DNA of 64,000 nt from an uncultured Bdellovibrio sp. (GTDB lineage: Bacteria; Bdellovibrionota; Bdellovibrionia; Bdellovibrionales; Bdellovibrionaceae), in the NCBI GenBank assembly GCA_963932905.1, contig CAWVRN010000001.1, positions 480,001-544,000 on the forward strand. The letters are read 5' to 3'. The notes beneath the pieces are model-generated. The model was not told the DNA's origin. It made no database searches and worked only from the letters and a program-made list of their open reading frames with translations. A program made the translations under genes and the position numbers. Positions 53,112 through 61,587 of the stretch are shown here, piece by piece (positions within the stretch are counted from its first letter, which is position 1; every line of letters begins with the position of its first letter).

Positions 53112-55579
53112 GACGCGACCGATTTTGAGAAATTTTGGTAGGCCACTCCAAATGGCGCAAGTTCGCTAGCTTTTATTAAGGCATCTTCTAACGATAATCC
53201 ATCCGACTTTAGCGATTCTAGAAACTGATTGTCGCGGGCATCTGATGTAGAAACCCAATATTCCAATGGTGATGGCTCGATACGAATAACTTGCCTTGAT
53301 TCACCCTCCATCAAAAAGCCTTCACTAAATTGACCTTTGCGCTGCTCAAGACTTTGTATCAATCGCAGTTCCTGGGAATTTAATTTTAAAGCGTCGCGCA
53401 GAACAGCGGTGTCGCCCTTTTGAAGCATGACAAGTTTTGTAGCTGTATTATTTAAAATCGCTGGTCCCATTCCGCTTGCAATAATCTCTTCCACGCCTTG
53501 GGTAATAAAAGTGATTCCGCTGCCAGTTTTCCTAAAGGTACGGGCTGCATATTCCATAAAGGAACTGGCCGCAGGACTCTTCAATAGGTCCCATGCCTCA
53601 TCGAGCAAGACTCGTTTTGGAATGGTCCGCTCGGCTTCCACTTGTTCCAAAATAAAATTAGTCAGAATCAAAATCATCACAGATTGTAAATCTGGATATT
53701 GCGATAGCCCCTTTAAATCAAAGGCAACGATTGGTCTATCCGCTTCAATTTTGCCAGCACCATCCAGCAACTTTCCATAAGGCGTTTTGCCGGTCCAAGG
53801 AAAAAGCATTTTACCAATGCGCTTCAAAGATTCGTCGTTATGGCTAAGACAATACTTAGACAAATCGGAAAGTTTTGGTGACCGCGCTTGATTTTCACCA
53901 CGAACTGAATCAAATACTGCTGTAAGTGCTGCTTCTAACTGGACACGGTCAAATCTGGATAATTTCTCGCCGCTATCAACGACCATTTGCTCAATCACAC
54001 TAACAAGACTTTTAATGCGCTCGCCAGTTGGCGGAGCTGATGGGTCGCGAAGTTCAAATGGGTTAATGATATATTCGCCGGTGAGATTAATTTCAAAATA
54101 CTGACCGCCCAGAACTCGAGTCATTTTTTTGTAAGAGCCGCCGATGTCGATAATATACACCCTAGTGCCACGGGCTATTTGCTGAAGCATTAAAAAATTG
54201 TTGGCAAAACTTTTTCCAGATCCGCTTGAACCTGTAACTAAAGCGTTAAAATTACTAAGCCTGGCCGAATAGGAATTCATTGAATATAAAGTCCCTAGTC
54301 TTGTTTTTAAGAGGCATACTGGTTTTTCATCACCAGTGGCCGCGCCAAAGAGTGGGAAAAAATCGACCAGATTGTTTGTTTTCAACTTTTTAGATCTTAC
54401 CAAATTCACCGGTGCCAGCGGCAAATCTGATTTAAATACTTTCCATGCGCCCACGGTCTCTTGAATTCCTTCAGATCCACTGAGCGTTTTAAATTTAGCT
54501 AAGACTTCTTTTGTGTGAAGATTAAGCTTTCGAGCACCGGCTGCTGAATTTTCTTCGCGAATAACAATCATAAGTTGGGCTTGAAAAATTCTTTGCCCAG
54601 TTTCAATAATCTCACGAATCAAATCAGTCGTTTGCGATAGGCGCGATTCACTTTCTAAATCTGAAACCCTATTTCCACTGTTTGCTGATAGGGAGTGTGC
54701 CATTCGCCGCTTTTGGTCAAGCCCCTTCATTTCCTTTGATTGGTCGGGGACGTTGAATGACAAAAATAGTTCATACTTAAAAGGTAAAGCCAAAAAGCCA
54801 CTCATCATTCCCGCAAATGTCATTTCCGGAAGTGTCTTAAGCGTTAGAACTCTAGTTTTTTGACTATCAAGAGTAAAGTCTTCTTGATCCAGCACCAAAT
54901 CCCCAAAAACAAGTTGTTCTCGCGGTGAATTTCCCTCTATTGCAATACTATTGCAATTTACTTTTGGCGCACCAATTGAGGAAGACCGTTTAGGGTTCAG
55001 ATAGCGGTACAATAAATTAATAAAATCATCTTTAGTCAATTCAGACGCTAAAAAACCAAGTGATGAAAGAGATCCTTTTGCGCCCTCTAGGGACTGCGAC
55101 AAGGTTTGCAGCTGATCTTCGTATCCTTTTTCAAATTCAACTGAGAACTTTTTTGTTTGCCCTAATGAAAATGAATTTGGTTTTTGCCTCTGGCTGGTCT
55201 TTATAAAAAAGAATAATCTTGGCCTAAATAATTCTCCATCTTCAGTTTGTTTTAATAAAACATTCGATCTCTTTTGATCGAGCGCGCAAAGAAACTTATT
55301 CTCTGTCGTTAATAGATCGACATGCCTTTTAATGACGCCGCCAACATCAGAATCATTGACCACCATAAACTGAGCTGTAACACCTTCTGGTAAGGAGTTA
55401 GCAAATGAACGCAGTCCGAATGCAAGTTGATTGATACGAGCTTCATCGAAGCACTCAATATCTAACGGCAATAACTCTAATCCTGACGAAAGCGATCCAT
55501 CGCAAAGAATCGCATGTGATACAGGTTTTGATTCAATTTCCCAAAACGGCAGTTGTTCGCATAATGATGCCTGGTTCAT
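53108..55579 (-). CDS. virB4: VirB4/TraC conjugative ATPase
   Basis: Walker A GSSGSGKS, IIDIGGSY, INPF, LLDEAW, RTFRKTG, ITQ. Confidence 0.93.
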   Translation of the reverse strand: MNQASLCEQLPFWEIESKPVSHAILCDGSLSSGLELLPLDIECFDEARINQLAFGLRSFANSLPEGVTAQFMVVNDSDVGGVIKRHVDLLTTENKFLCALDQKRSNVLLKQTEDGELFRPRLFFFIKTSQRQKPNSFSLGQTKKFSVEFEKGYEDQLQTLSQSLEGAKGSLSSLGFLASELTKDDFINLLYRYLNPKRSSSIGAPKVNCNSIAIEGNSPREQLVFGDLVLDQEDFTLDSQKTRVLTLKTLPEMTFAGMMSGFLALPFKYELFLSFNVPDQSKEMKGLDQKRRMAHSLSANSGNRVSDLESESRLSQTTDLIREIIETGQRIFQAQLMIVIREENSAAGARKLNLHTKEVLAKFKTLSGSEGIQETVGAWKVFKSDLPLAPVNLVRSKKLKTNNLVDFFPLFGAATGDEKPVCLLKTRLGTLYSMNSYSARLSNFNALVTGSSGSGKSFANNFLMLQQIARGTRVYIIDIGGSYKKMTRVLGGQYFEINLTGEYIINPFELRDPSAPPTGERIKSLVSVIEQMVVDSGEKLSRFDRVQLEAALTAVFDSVRGENQARSPKLSDLSKYCLSHNDESLKRIGKMLFPWTGKTPYGKLLDGAGKIEADRPIVAFDLKGLSQYPDLQSVMILILTNFILEQVEAERTIPKRVLLDEAWDLLKSPAASSFMEYAARTFRKTGSGITFITQGVEEIIASGMGPAILNNTATKLVMLQKGDTAVLRDALKLNSQELRLIQSLEQRKGQFSEGFLMEGESRQVIRIEPSPLEYWVSTSDARDNQFLESLKSDGLSLEDALIKASELAPFGVAYQNFSKSVAS

Positions 55580-55899
55580 AATTCACCCCCTTTGTTAAAT
55601 TTTCGATATTGAAAATCTTGTGAGTTGGCCGAGAAAACAGTTGGCGAGATAAGATGCTCAAAATAATGTTGCAGAAACTGATCAGGTTTTCCTTTCTTAA
55701 AGAAAAACAAAATCAAAAAGAGTCCAAGACTTGTTCCAAAAACCATTGGAATCTTCATCGAGGTCGATCCAAAAATTAAATTTTGAACTGACAAATTTAA
55801 AAGCAAGATCAATACGTCTGACAGCTCCAGACCCAAAATTTTATTTTTTGTTTCTAGTGTTCTTGGGACCGATGAGGTCAATAGATTAAAATCACTCAT
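55576..55899 (-). CDS. VirB3-like membrane protein
   Basis: KILGLELSD, two TMs, between pilin and VirB4. Confidence 0.65.
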   Translation of the reverse strand: MSDFNLLTSSVPRTLETKNKILGLELSDVLILLLNLSVQNLIFGSTSMKIPMVFGTSLGLFLILFFFKKGKPDQFLQHYFEHLISPTVFSANSQDFQYRKFNKGGEL

Positions 55900-56183
55900 T
55901 AGCGCACCGTCTGCGATATAAAATCAACAATCGCCTGTGCGCCAAAACCGATGATACTACCAAGAATCGCATACCACATATGCGTCTTGGCTTTTTCATT
56001 GCCGCTCATCAAACTAAAAGCCGCCCATGCAATTCCAATAATAGAAAGTGTCGGTAAAATAACTCGGGTCAATTTCGTCTGAATTCCCATTAATGAAGAC
56101 TCAACACTTGCAAGTCCAAGCTCTGGAACGATCAATAATGCTGCCGTCAGCATAAAAATAAATAAATATGATTTTCTGTTCAT
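55899..56183 (-). CDS. virB2: VirB2/TrbC-like pilin
   Basis: Leader ending PELGLA followed by two hydrophobic helices (ILGSIIGFGAQAIV); GGAGG RBS. Confidence 0.8.
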   Translation of the reverse strand: MNRKSYLFIFMLTAALLIVPELGLASVESSLMGIQTKLTRVILPTLSIIGIAWAAFSLMSGNEKAKTHMWYAILGSIIGFGAQAIVDFISQTVR

Positions 56184-56208
56184 AAATGTACCTCCTGTGT
56201 TAGTTGTT

Positions 56209-56622
56209 TTAAGATGCAAGGCTGTCCTCCAGTCCCTCTGATTTTTCCGGAAACAAGCAAAGGAAAATATTTTCTGGGATTAGCTGAATTCGTAGCGCAA
56301 TAAAACTTCCAGCTAGTTTTCCTTCACCGATTCGATACCAGCTTGATTTCATTTCGCCTGTCGGTAATTGGTATTCTTCAAGACTGAGGACAACGTACTT
56401 GGTATCATCATTGTCATCAGGCAGTATGAAATATTGAGTATTTGGGTGTGTGAATAGTTTAAGGCGAAATTTTTTAGATCCTGCTTTTAAATACGCTACG
56501 CCAACGCTTTCACCTTCAATGACTTCACCTGATGAAGTCATTTCCCCAGTATAAACGCCATATTTTTCTGATTTACGAATAGGGATCACATTACTAAATG
56601 AAAAATCGCTAGATTTATTCAT
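56209..56622 (-). CDS. Hypothetical beta-rich protein, DUF736-like
   Basis: Two related units VGVAYLK...FRLKL and WYRIGEG...IALRI. Confidence 0.5.
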   Translation of the reverse strand: MNKSSDFSFSNVIPIRKSEKYGVYTGEMTSSGEVIEGESVGVAYLKAGSKKFRLKLFTHPNTQYFILPDDNDDTKYVVLSLEEYQLPTGEMKSSWYRIGEGKLAGSFIALRIQLIPENIFLCLFPEKSEGLEDSLAS

Positions 56623-56870
56623 GCTGAAAACCTTTCCATTTCAAACATTTCAACGACATCCTCCGTCCAGCCACATTCTGAGCAGGTTAGATAGCCGTTT
56701 TGAAAATCGGTAAGACCAGAACATTCTGGACAGCATTCACCATCATCAGGAGCACCAGATTTTTTAAAGTTAAGGTAACGTCGCTTTAACGTCGGACTTG
56801 GTTTGCGACGCTCAATAAGTTCTCGTTCTGTGCGATAGATATCGCGCTTATCTTTTAAAGTTCTAGACAT
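56619..56870 (-). CDS. Small zinc-ribbon protein
   Basis: CPEC...CSEC; basic N-terminus; GGAGG RBS. Confidence 0.7.
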   Translation of the reverse strand: MSRTLKDKRDIYRTERELIERRKPSPTLKRRYLNFKKSGAPDDGECCPECSGLTDFQNGYLTCSECGWTEDVVEMFEMERFSA

Positions 56871-57079
56871 TAGAAATTCCTCCATTGGTTTTCTTCATGG
56901 GTTTTGCGAAATGGCTTTGACTCTAGTCGCTCCCAATCGCGTACGGTTAAATCAGCAGCTGAAAACGATTTTTTTAATCTTTCCCAAAAACTGATAGGTT
57001 CGGCTTTCTCAAGCGTAACAAGCGACAGATTCAATTCCGGCTGAGCTTGGCTACTTTTAAATTTTTCTCTTGCATTCAT
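56870..57079 (-). CDS. Small hypothetical protein, first gene of the transfer operon
   Basis: AGGAGGT RBS, TAATG coupling to the next gene. Confidence 0.65.
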   Translation of the reverse strand: MNAREKFKSSQAQPELNLSLVTLEKAEPISFWERLKKSFSAADLTVRDWERLESKPFRKTHEENQWRNF

Positions 57080-57246
57080 AGATGCACCTCCTTGGTAATT
57101 TGTTAGTGAGTTCGTTCAACTGCGAACGACCTTTCACCTTTATAAATTGCAAGTTGGAGACATCTCGGGCGTGGCACGACCGAATTGGGAGCAAGTGATT
57201 GATTTGAAAATGAATTTTGGAATTTTTGTAAGTGAACGAATTCATG

Positions 57247-57340
57247 CAAGGGTGGCGAATGGTCGCCACCCTTGGTTTTCAAGAAGTATTGAATTTTTAA
57301 TGTGTTAGCTTAAAAAACAAAGACTGGCGGGGTTCCGCCA
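57247..57340. promoter_or_regulatory. Two TGGCG-N6-CGCCA palindromes upstream of the transfer operon (putative activator sites)
   Basis: Copies at 57253-57268 (within 12-bp IR 57247-57274) and 57325-57340. Confidence 0.55.
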
Positions 57341-57394
57341 TGGTGGAACTTAAAATTTGCCAGTTAGTAGGAATAACGTTGAATTTGATTTTAG

Positions 57395-58951
57395 TTAGCG
57401 AACAACTATAGGGATTTCAGCGATCTGGCTTTTTGGAATTAAATAGACTCCGTATTGAATGCAGGACGCACGAACGTCATCATTGTCGAAGTGGCCAGTC
57501 ACAAGGCACCTGATCGCGGCCTCAGGCATATCCTGAAGCCATTTAAGACCGGTGTCTCCGTCTCCCAAGTCGTAATCAAAAAGTAAAGTGCAATTGTCGG
57601 GTTCACTATCGATTTCGTGCTTGATAGGTAATAGCTCGTTGCCATGGCTCATGAACTTAGTTTGCTTTAGTAACTGGGTATCATCGAACTTCAATTGCCA
57701 TAAAGCGCGCCCGGACTCTTGGTCATCAAGTACATATATTTTTGAGTCAGAATTAAATTTAAGTCGTGGCAAATACCATTTCGCTCGGTCATTGACTGGT
57801 AGTCGTATTGTCAGAGTCGATCCTAAACCGAGGCTTGAATTAACTTCAATTGAACCACCCCACGCTGATAAGAATTCTTTCGCATGCCAAAGGCCGACAC
57901 CAGTCCCATTTTTTTTGCCAAACGAAAAATCTTTATCGAAAATATTTGGTTGAATTTCTTTTGCAATCCCGCATCCAGTATCTGCAACAATAATTTCAAC
58001 TTCAGCTCCCAAATCTCTGCACCTGATATTGATTCGGCCAGCATTGTTCATTGCCTCTATTGAATTTGTAACTAAGTTTCCTAAAATGGATCGCATCTCA
58101 ACAGGAATATGAGTAGCCAAAGTCGATAAAATCATATCATCGATTTCAAAATGAAAATCAATTCCCTTTGGTACATATAAATCGAGCTCCCGTCGGGCCT
58201 GAACGAGAGTTCCATAAATGTCAGTTTTAGTTTGATCTGAAAGTTCCTCAGTTTTCGTATCGTCAAGTTTGGCAACTAAATCTTTTATTTGATTTATTGT
58301 AACCTGAAGCAAATCTTTATCTTTTGCCACACTAGACGGCAAGCGACCAGGAATTCGCATCAAAGCGGCCAGCGGAGTTCGTAAGTTATGTCGAACCTGG
58401 TGCGCTAGTTCGCTTTTAGCGACCTTTTTTTGTAGTTCGAGATCCCGATGAAACTGCTCGACCAATCGTTTTCTCATAAATCTGGTTTGGGGAATAGAAA
58501 CCAGATTTAAAATTAACCAAATGAAAAATGCATAAGAAACAAATCTAAATCGTGAATACTCATAGATAATTGTATCGGCTGGTCCATCACTTAGTTCGTT
58601 TGAAATTGTAGTTGAATATTCATCTGATGAAAACGCTTTCCAAAAAGTCTTTTTGCCTTCAAGTTCTGCGCTTGGTGGCAAAATGAATGAGCGATCAGGT
58701 ACCGTAGATTTGTACCTGATACTTATAAATTTCGAAAGTCTTGCTTCTTGCAGAATCAAAGAGGTTTCTCGAAAATCACCAACTTTAACGAAACGAGACA
58801 ACAGCTTAGTATTATCCTCAGCGACTGATTGAATATACAACGTATTAGAAATCAATGCCAACCCGAAAAAAATCAATAGGACCAAAGCAGACACAACAAT
58901 TTGCCGATTTTCAAAATCTTTAATTCTAGTCTCGGGAGTCATCGCAGTCAT
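57395..58951 (-). CDS. Membrane histidine kinase with C-terminal atypical receiver-like domain
   Basis: Two TMs, QVRHNLRTP H-box, NLVTNS, DTGCG, GTGVGL; then VLDD...FDYDLG...LVTG. Confidence 0.9.
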   Translation of the reverse strand: MTAMTPETRIKDFENRQIVVSALVLLIFFGLALISNTLYIQSVAEDNTKLLSRFVKVGDFRETSLILQEARLSKFISIRYKSTVPDRSFILPPSAELEGKKTFWKAFSSDEYSTTISNELSDGPADTIIYEYSRFRFVSYAFFIWLILNLVSIPQTRFMRKRLVEQFHRDLELQKKVAKSELAHQVRHNLRTPLAALMRIPGRLPSSVAKDKDLLQVTINQIKDLVAKLDDTKTEELSDQTKTDIYGTLVQARRELDLYVPKGIDFHFEIDDMILSTLATHIPVEMRSILGNLVTNSIEAMNNAGRINIRCRDLGAEVEIIVADTGCGIAKEIQPNIFDKDFSFGKKNGTGVGLWHAKEFLSAWGGSIEVNSSLGLGSTLTIRLPVNDRAKWYLPRLKFNSDSKIYVLDDQESGRALWQLKFDDTQLLKQTKFMSHGNELLPIKHEIDSEPDNCTLLFDYDLGDGDTGLKWLQDMPEAAIRCLVTGHFDNDDVRASCIQYGVYLIPKSQIAEIPIVVR

Positions 58952-59757
58952 TGATCACCGCTTATTTTTGAGACTTTGTACTTTGATATTTTTAGCGGAG
59001 CAGATTTCAAAATTGGGATATCAAAATAGTTTAATTCTACTGATACAAGATCCGGTAAAAAAGATTTGTGCAATTCATCTACTGAGATAGTGCCGAGCAA
59101 AGGGCTGATTTTTGATATGAATTCTCTAGAAATCTGCCATGGCACGCTTGAAACGGATTCATTAGGTCCATTTTTATTTTTTAACCAACAAAAACTCGGA
59201 ATCGACTCTAAAAATGATCGTCGCTGCGAAGTTTCCATTGATTCTGACAGTGCAAAGCCAAAAGATATTCTCTCGGCATCTGAAATCTGACAAACCAAAC
59301 CAAATAGGCTATTTGGCGTTGCCATTTGAAAAAAACGGACTTCACAGTCTTTATTCATATCTAAAAAGCTATTGGGCGAAAGAATTTTAGATTTTACTTC
59401 ACGAAGTGGTATCTCATTCTCTAGATGCTCATTTAAATAAAATCTTTCTAAGGCTTCAAATTTTGCGTGAGATTCAGGGCAATGACTTCCGCCAGAAACC
59501 GCTAGTCCGATGGAATCAACACTTTTTGAGACACAAATGATTCTCTCAATACATTCAGCCACTGATTTTTCAAAGGCAATTTCACGATTATCGTCAACGC
59601 CGCAACCCTCGATTTCAATTCCTTGCCAGGTAATCTTTGTGGAAAAATCAAATAATCCGGGTACAAGTTCGCCTGAACCTTTAAATTCTGTAAAGGTAGG
59701 TGCAAGCACGGATCGATTTAGATAAAGCCATGTGGCTAACGGAGTTTTATGCGCCAT
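58948..59757 (-). CDS. Minimal YcaO-like protein
   Basis: Three YcaO-type motifs in order: GCG...AFEKSVAECIER; SIGLA...HAKFEALER; GFA...RRSFLES. Confidence 0.65.
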   Translation of the reverse strand: MAHKTPLATWLYLNRSVLAPTFTEFKGSGELVPGLFDFSTKITWQGIEIEGCGVDDNREIAFEKSVAECIERIICVSKSVDSIGLAVSGGSHCPESHAKFEALERFYLNEHLENEIPLREVKSKILSPNSFLDMNKDCEVRFFQMATPNSLFGLVCQISDAERISFGFALSESMETSQRRSFLESIPSFCWLKNKNGPNESVSSVPWQISREFISKISPLLGTISVDELHKSFLPDLVSVELNYFDIPILKSAPLKISKYKVSKISGDQ

Positions 59758-61274
59758 AATTGATTATTTGCATAGAGTTCAGATAATTCGATCTTCCATG
59801 GCTTTCTTACTAACGCTGCATAAGGCAGAGCCATCAATGGTACAACGGTTGGCCTAGTAAGAGCATCAAAATGCAGCTCCTTAAGTTTTTTGATTCGTTT
59901 TTCTTTGTCATCGGTAGCCATATAATGGGCTAGCCATTGCGCGCGATCATGTTTATTCAGACCCAGCACACCAGAATTGAGTGAATATGAAATAAGTCCT
60001 ATGTCTTCCATAAAGCCAGTATCAGTGAATCCAATAAAAGCGTGCGGAGTGTCTTCAGGTTGAAGATCATTTTTGAAATCAGGAATATACCCAATCAAAC
60101 TCGCATCCACTTGTGGTAAAAGTTCTTTGATAGGAGTTGCCCATTCCTCGAGAGTGCCTCGGCGGATAATTCCAAGTTGAATTTTTTGATTCGGTTCTGT
60201 TGTTTCGTTGTCTAATTCCATTTTAAAGCGATTTTGTTGCTCGGCATTTAGCCCACCCTCACTTAGGTTTGGAAAAAATTCAGACCGTTGCTCAACACCA
60301 GCAACTCCATTATATATTTTATTGAATGCGATTTGCATCTTTTTACCGATATAGCGTCGTTCTGCTGAACTAAATTCTTTTTCGCCTTTTTGGGTAAAAA
60401 CTAAGACAAGCGTTCTAATTTTCATCGTCACTAGAAGGTCAGTATCTGAATTTTTTTGTGCAAAATTAATTACGTCCTCTGGCTTGGATGCATCTATTGT
60501 CGTAAGGTGATCTACAATCCCATTTGTAAAAGCAGCTAAACTATTAGTTCCAGATTTAAGATCCGTTGGAATAAAAAAGATTTTATTTGCAACATCGTCT
60601 GTTGCAAAATAATGATTTGGATTTTTTAGTAATTGAATTTTTCCATTTCCGTCGTCGCTATCAACTGAATAGGGGCCACTAGTTTCGCTATAATTTATGA
60701 TTTTAAGCGATATAGGATCAGCACTTGATTTTGGAATGATCGCAAAATCAATCGCCCCGAGCATTGGTAACAAAAATGATTTTTTACCTTTCGCATTTAG
60801 GAAAACTGAATTGCCCTCTTGTCTGATCCCAGGACATTCTTCTTCGGTAGATTTAATCACAATTCCTGGGCAGACTATATCTCGAAAATTTCCATGTGTG
60901 TTACCCGAAAGGACTAAAAGCCGTTTAAGAGAAAAAACAACATCAGTAGCGGTAATACTTTTTCCTGAAATAGTTTTAAGACTGTCTCTAATAGTGAGTT
61001 TAAGTTCGTCACCAATCCATTCGACCTTTTCTGCTACGCCCGGCTCGACAGAGCCACTTGCTGAGATTTCAACAAGTGGCGAGTAAACATTTTCCAAAAA
61101 TATATATTCATAATCAAAATTTATATTAGTTGGCTCGTAGGCTGTTGACTTGAGTCGCACTGGAAATGCGACTCTTAGAGTTTTATTTTGTTGTTGTACT
61201 TTCATAGAAACAGCTCCTCCGAGCATCAGTAAAATAGATAGGACAATAATAGTTTTTATTTTATTTATTGTCAT
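59736..61274 (-). CDS. Orphan family-5 (Opp/Dpp-like) solute-binding protein
   Basis: ENVYSPLV, PGVAE, GKSITATDVVFSLKR, SGPY...LLKNP; N-terminal hydrophobic anchor; start reassigned to MTINK. Confidence 0.85.
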   Translation of the reverse strand: MTINKIKTIIVLSILLMLGGAVSMKVQQQNKTLRVAFPVRLKSTAYEPTNINFDYEYIFLENVYSPLVEISASGSVEPGVAEKVEWIGDELKLTIRDSLKTISGKSITATDVVFSLKRLLVLSGNTHGNFRDIVCPGIVIKSTEEECPGIRQEGNSVFLNAKGKKSFLLPMLGAIDFAIIPKSSADPISLKIINYSETSGPYSVDSDDGNGKIQLLKNPNHYFATDDVANKIFFIPTDLKSGTNSLAAFTNGIVDHLTTIDASKPEDVINFAQKNSDTDLLVTMKIRTLVLVFTQKGEKEFSSAERRYIGKKMQIAFNKIYNGVAGVEQRSEFFPNLSEGGLNAEQQNRFKMELDNETTEPNQKIQLGIIRRGTLEEWATPIKELLPQVDASLIGYIPDFKNDLQPEDTPHAFIGFTDTGFMEDIGLISYSLNSGVLGLNKHDRAQWLAHYMATDDKEKRIKKLKELHFDALTRPTVVPLMALPYAALVRKPWKIELSELYANNQLWRIKLR

Positions 61275-61281
61275 AAAAATT

Positions 61282-61587
61282 TTACTTAGTTTTAGCTTCA
61301 GACGCAGACGCAGCCCCAGGACCACCGCCAAAGCAAACTGTAGTTGGATGCACACCACCCCTTTGAATTTGACCCTCAGCTTCAAGTAAACTCAAAATAT
61401 CTTGATCAAAACTGACACACTGGTTTTCTGAAACACTCAGTGTTTTCGTTTCACCAAGTAGCTTAATCGCCCATGCGATTTGAGTAAGCTGAAGTGGAGT
61501 GAGTTTTTTTGCCTGGGCTTCATCAGCAAAGCTAGATGAGCCGATTCCCAACATTCCTGCAATCATGATTAATAACGTTTTTTTCAT
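61282..61587 (-). CDS. Small Sec-secreted protein; candidate signal/RiPP precursor
   Basis: MKK-hydrophobic-SFA|DE signal; two Cys; C-terminal HPTTVCFGGGPGAASASEAKTK; ATGA overlap with the regulator. Confidence 0.7.
   Translation of the reverse strand: MKKTLLIMIAGMLGIGSSSFADEAQAKKLTPLQLTQIAWAIKLLGETKTLSVSENQCVSFDQDILSLLEAEGQIQRGGVHPTTVCFGGGPGAASASEAKTK

Noticed and set aside
57147..57163. Minus-strand TGTCTCCAACTTGCA as the tra sigma54 promoter
   Set aside because: Lacks the GG dinucleotide and spacing is one base short
57172..57188. TGGCACG sigma54 -24 box on plus strand
   Set aside because: No GC at -12 spacing, and it faces away from the transfer operon
57057..57269. 70-aa minus-strand ORF
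   Set aside because: Runs over the regulatory region and the strong RBS of the next gene; no RBS of its own
61275..61385. Extended N-terminus of the solute-binding protein
   Set aside because: Overlaps the precursor gene out of frame; ATG 61274 gives a normal signal/anchor
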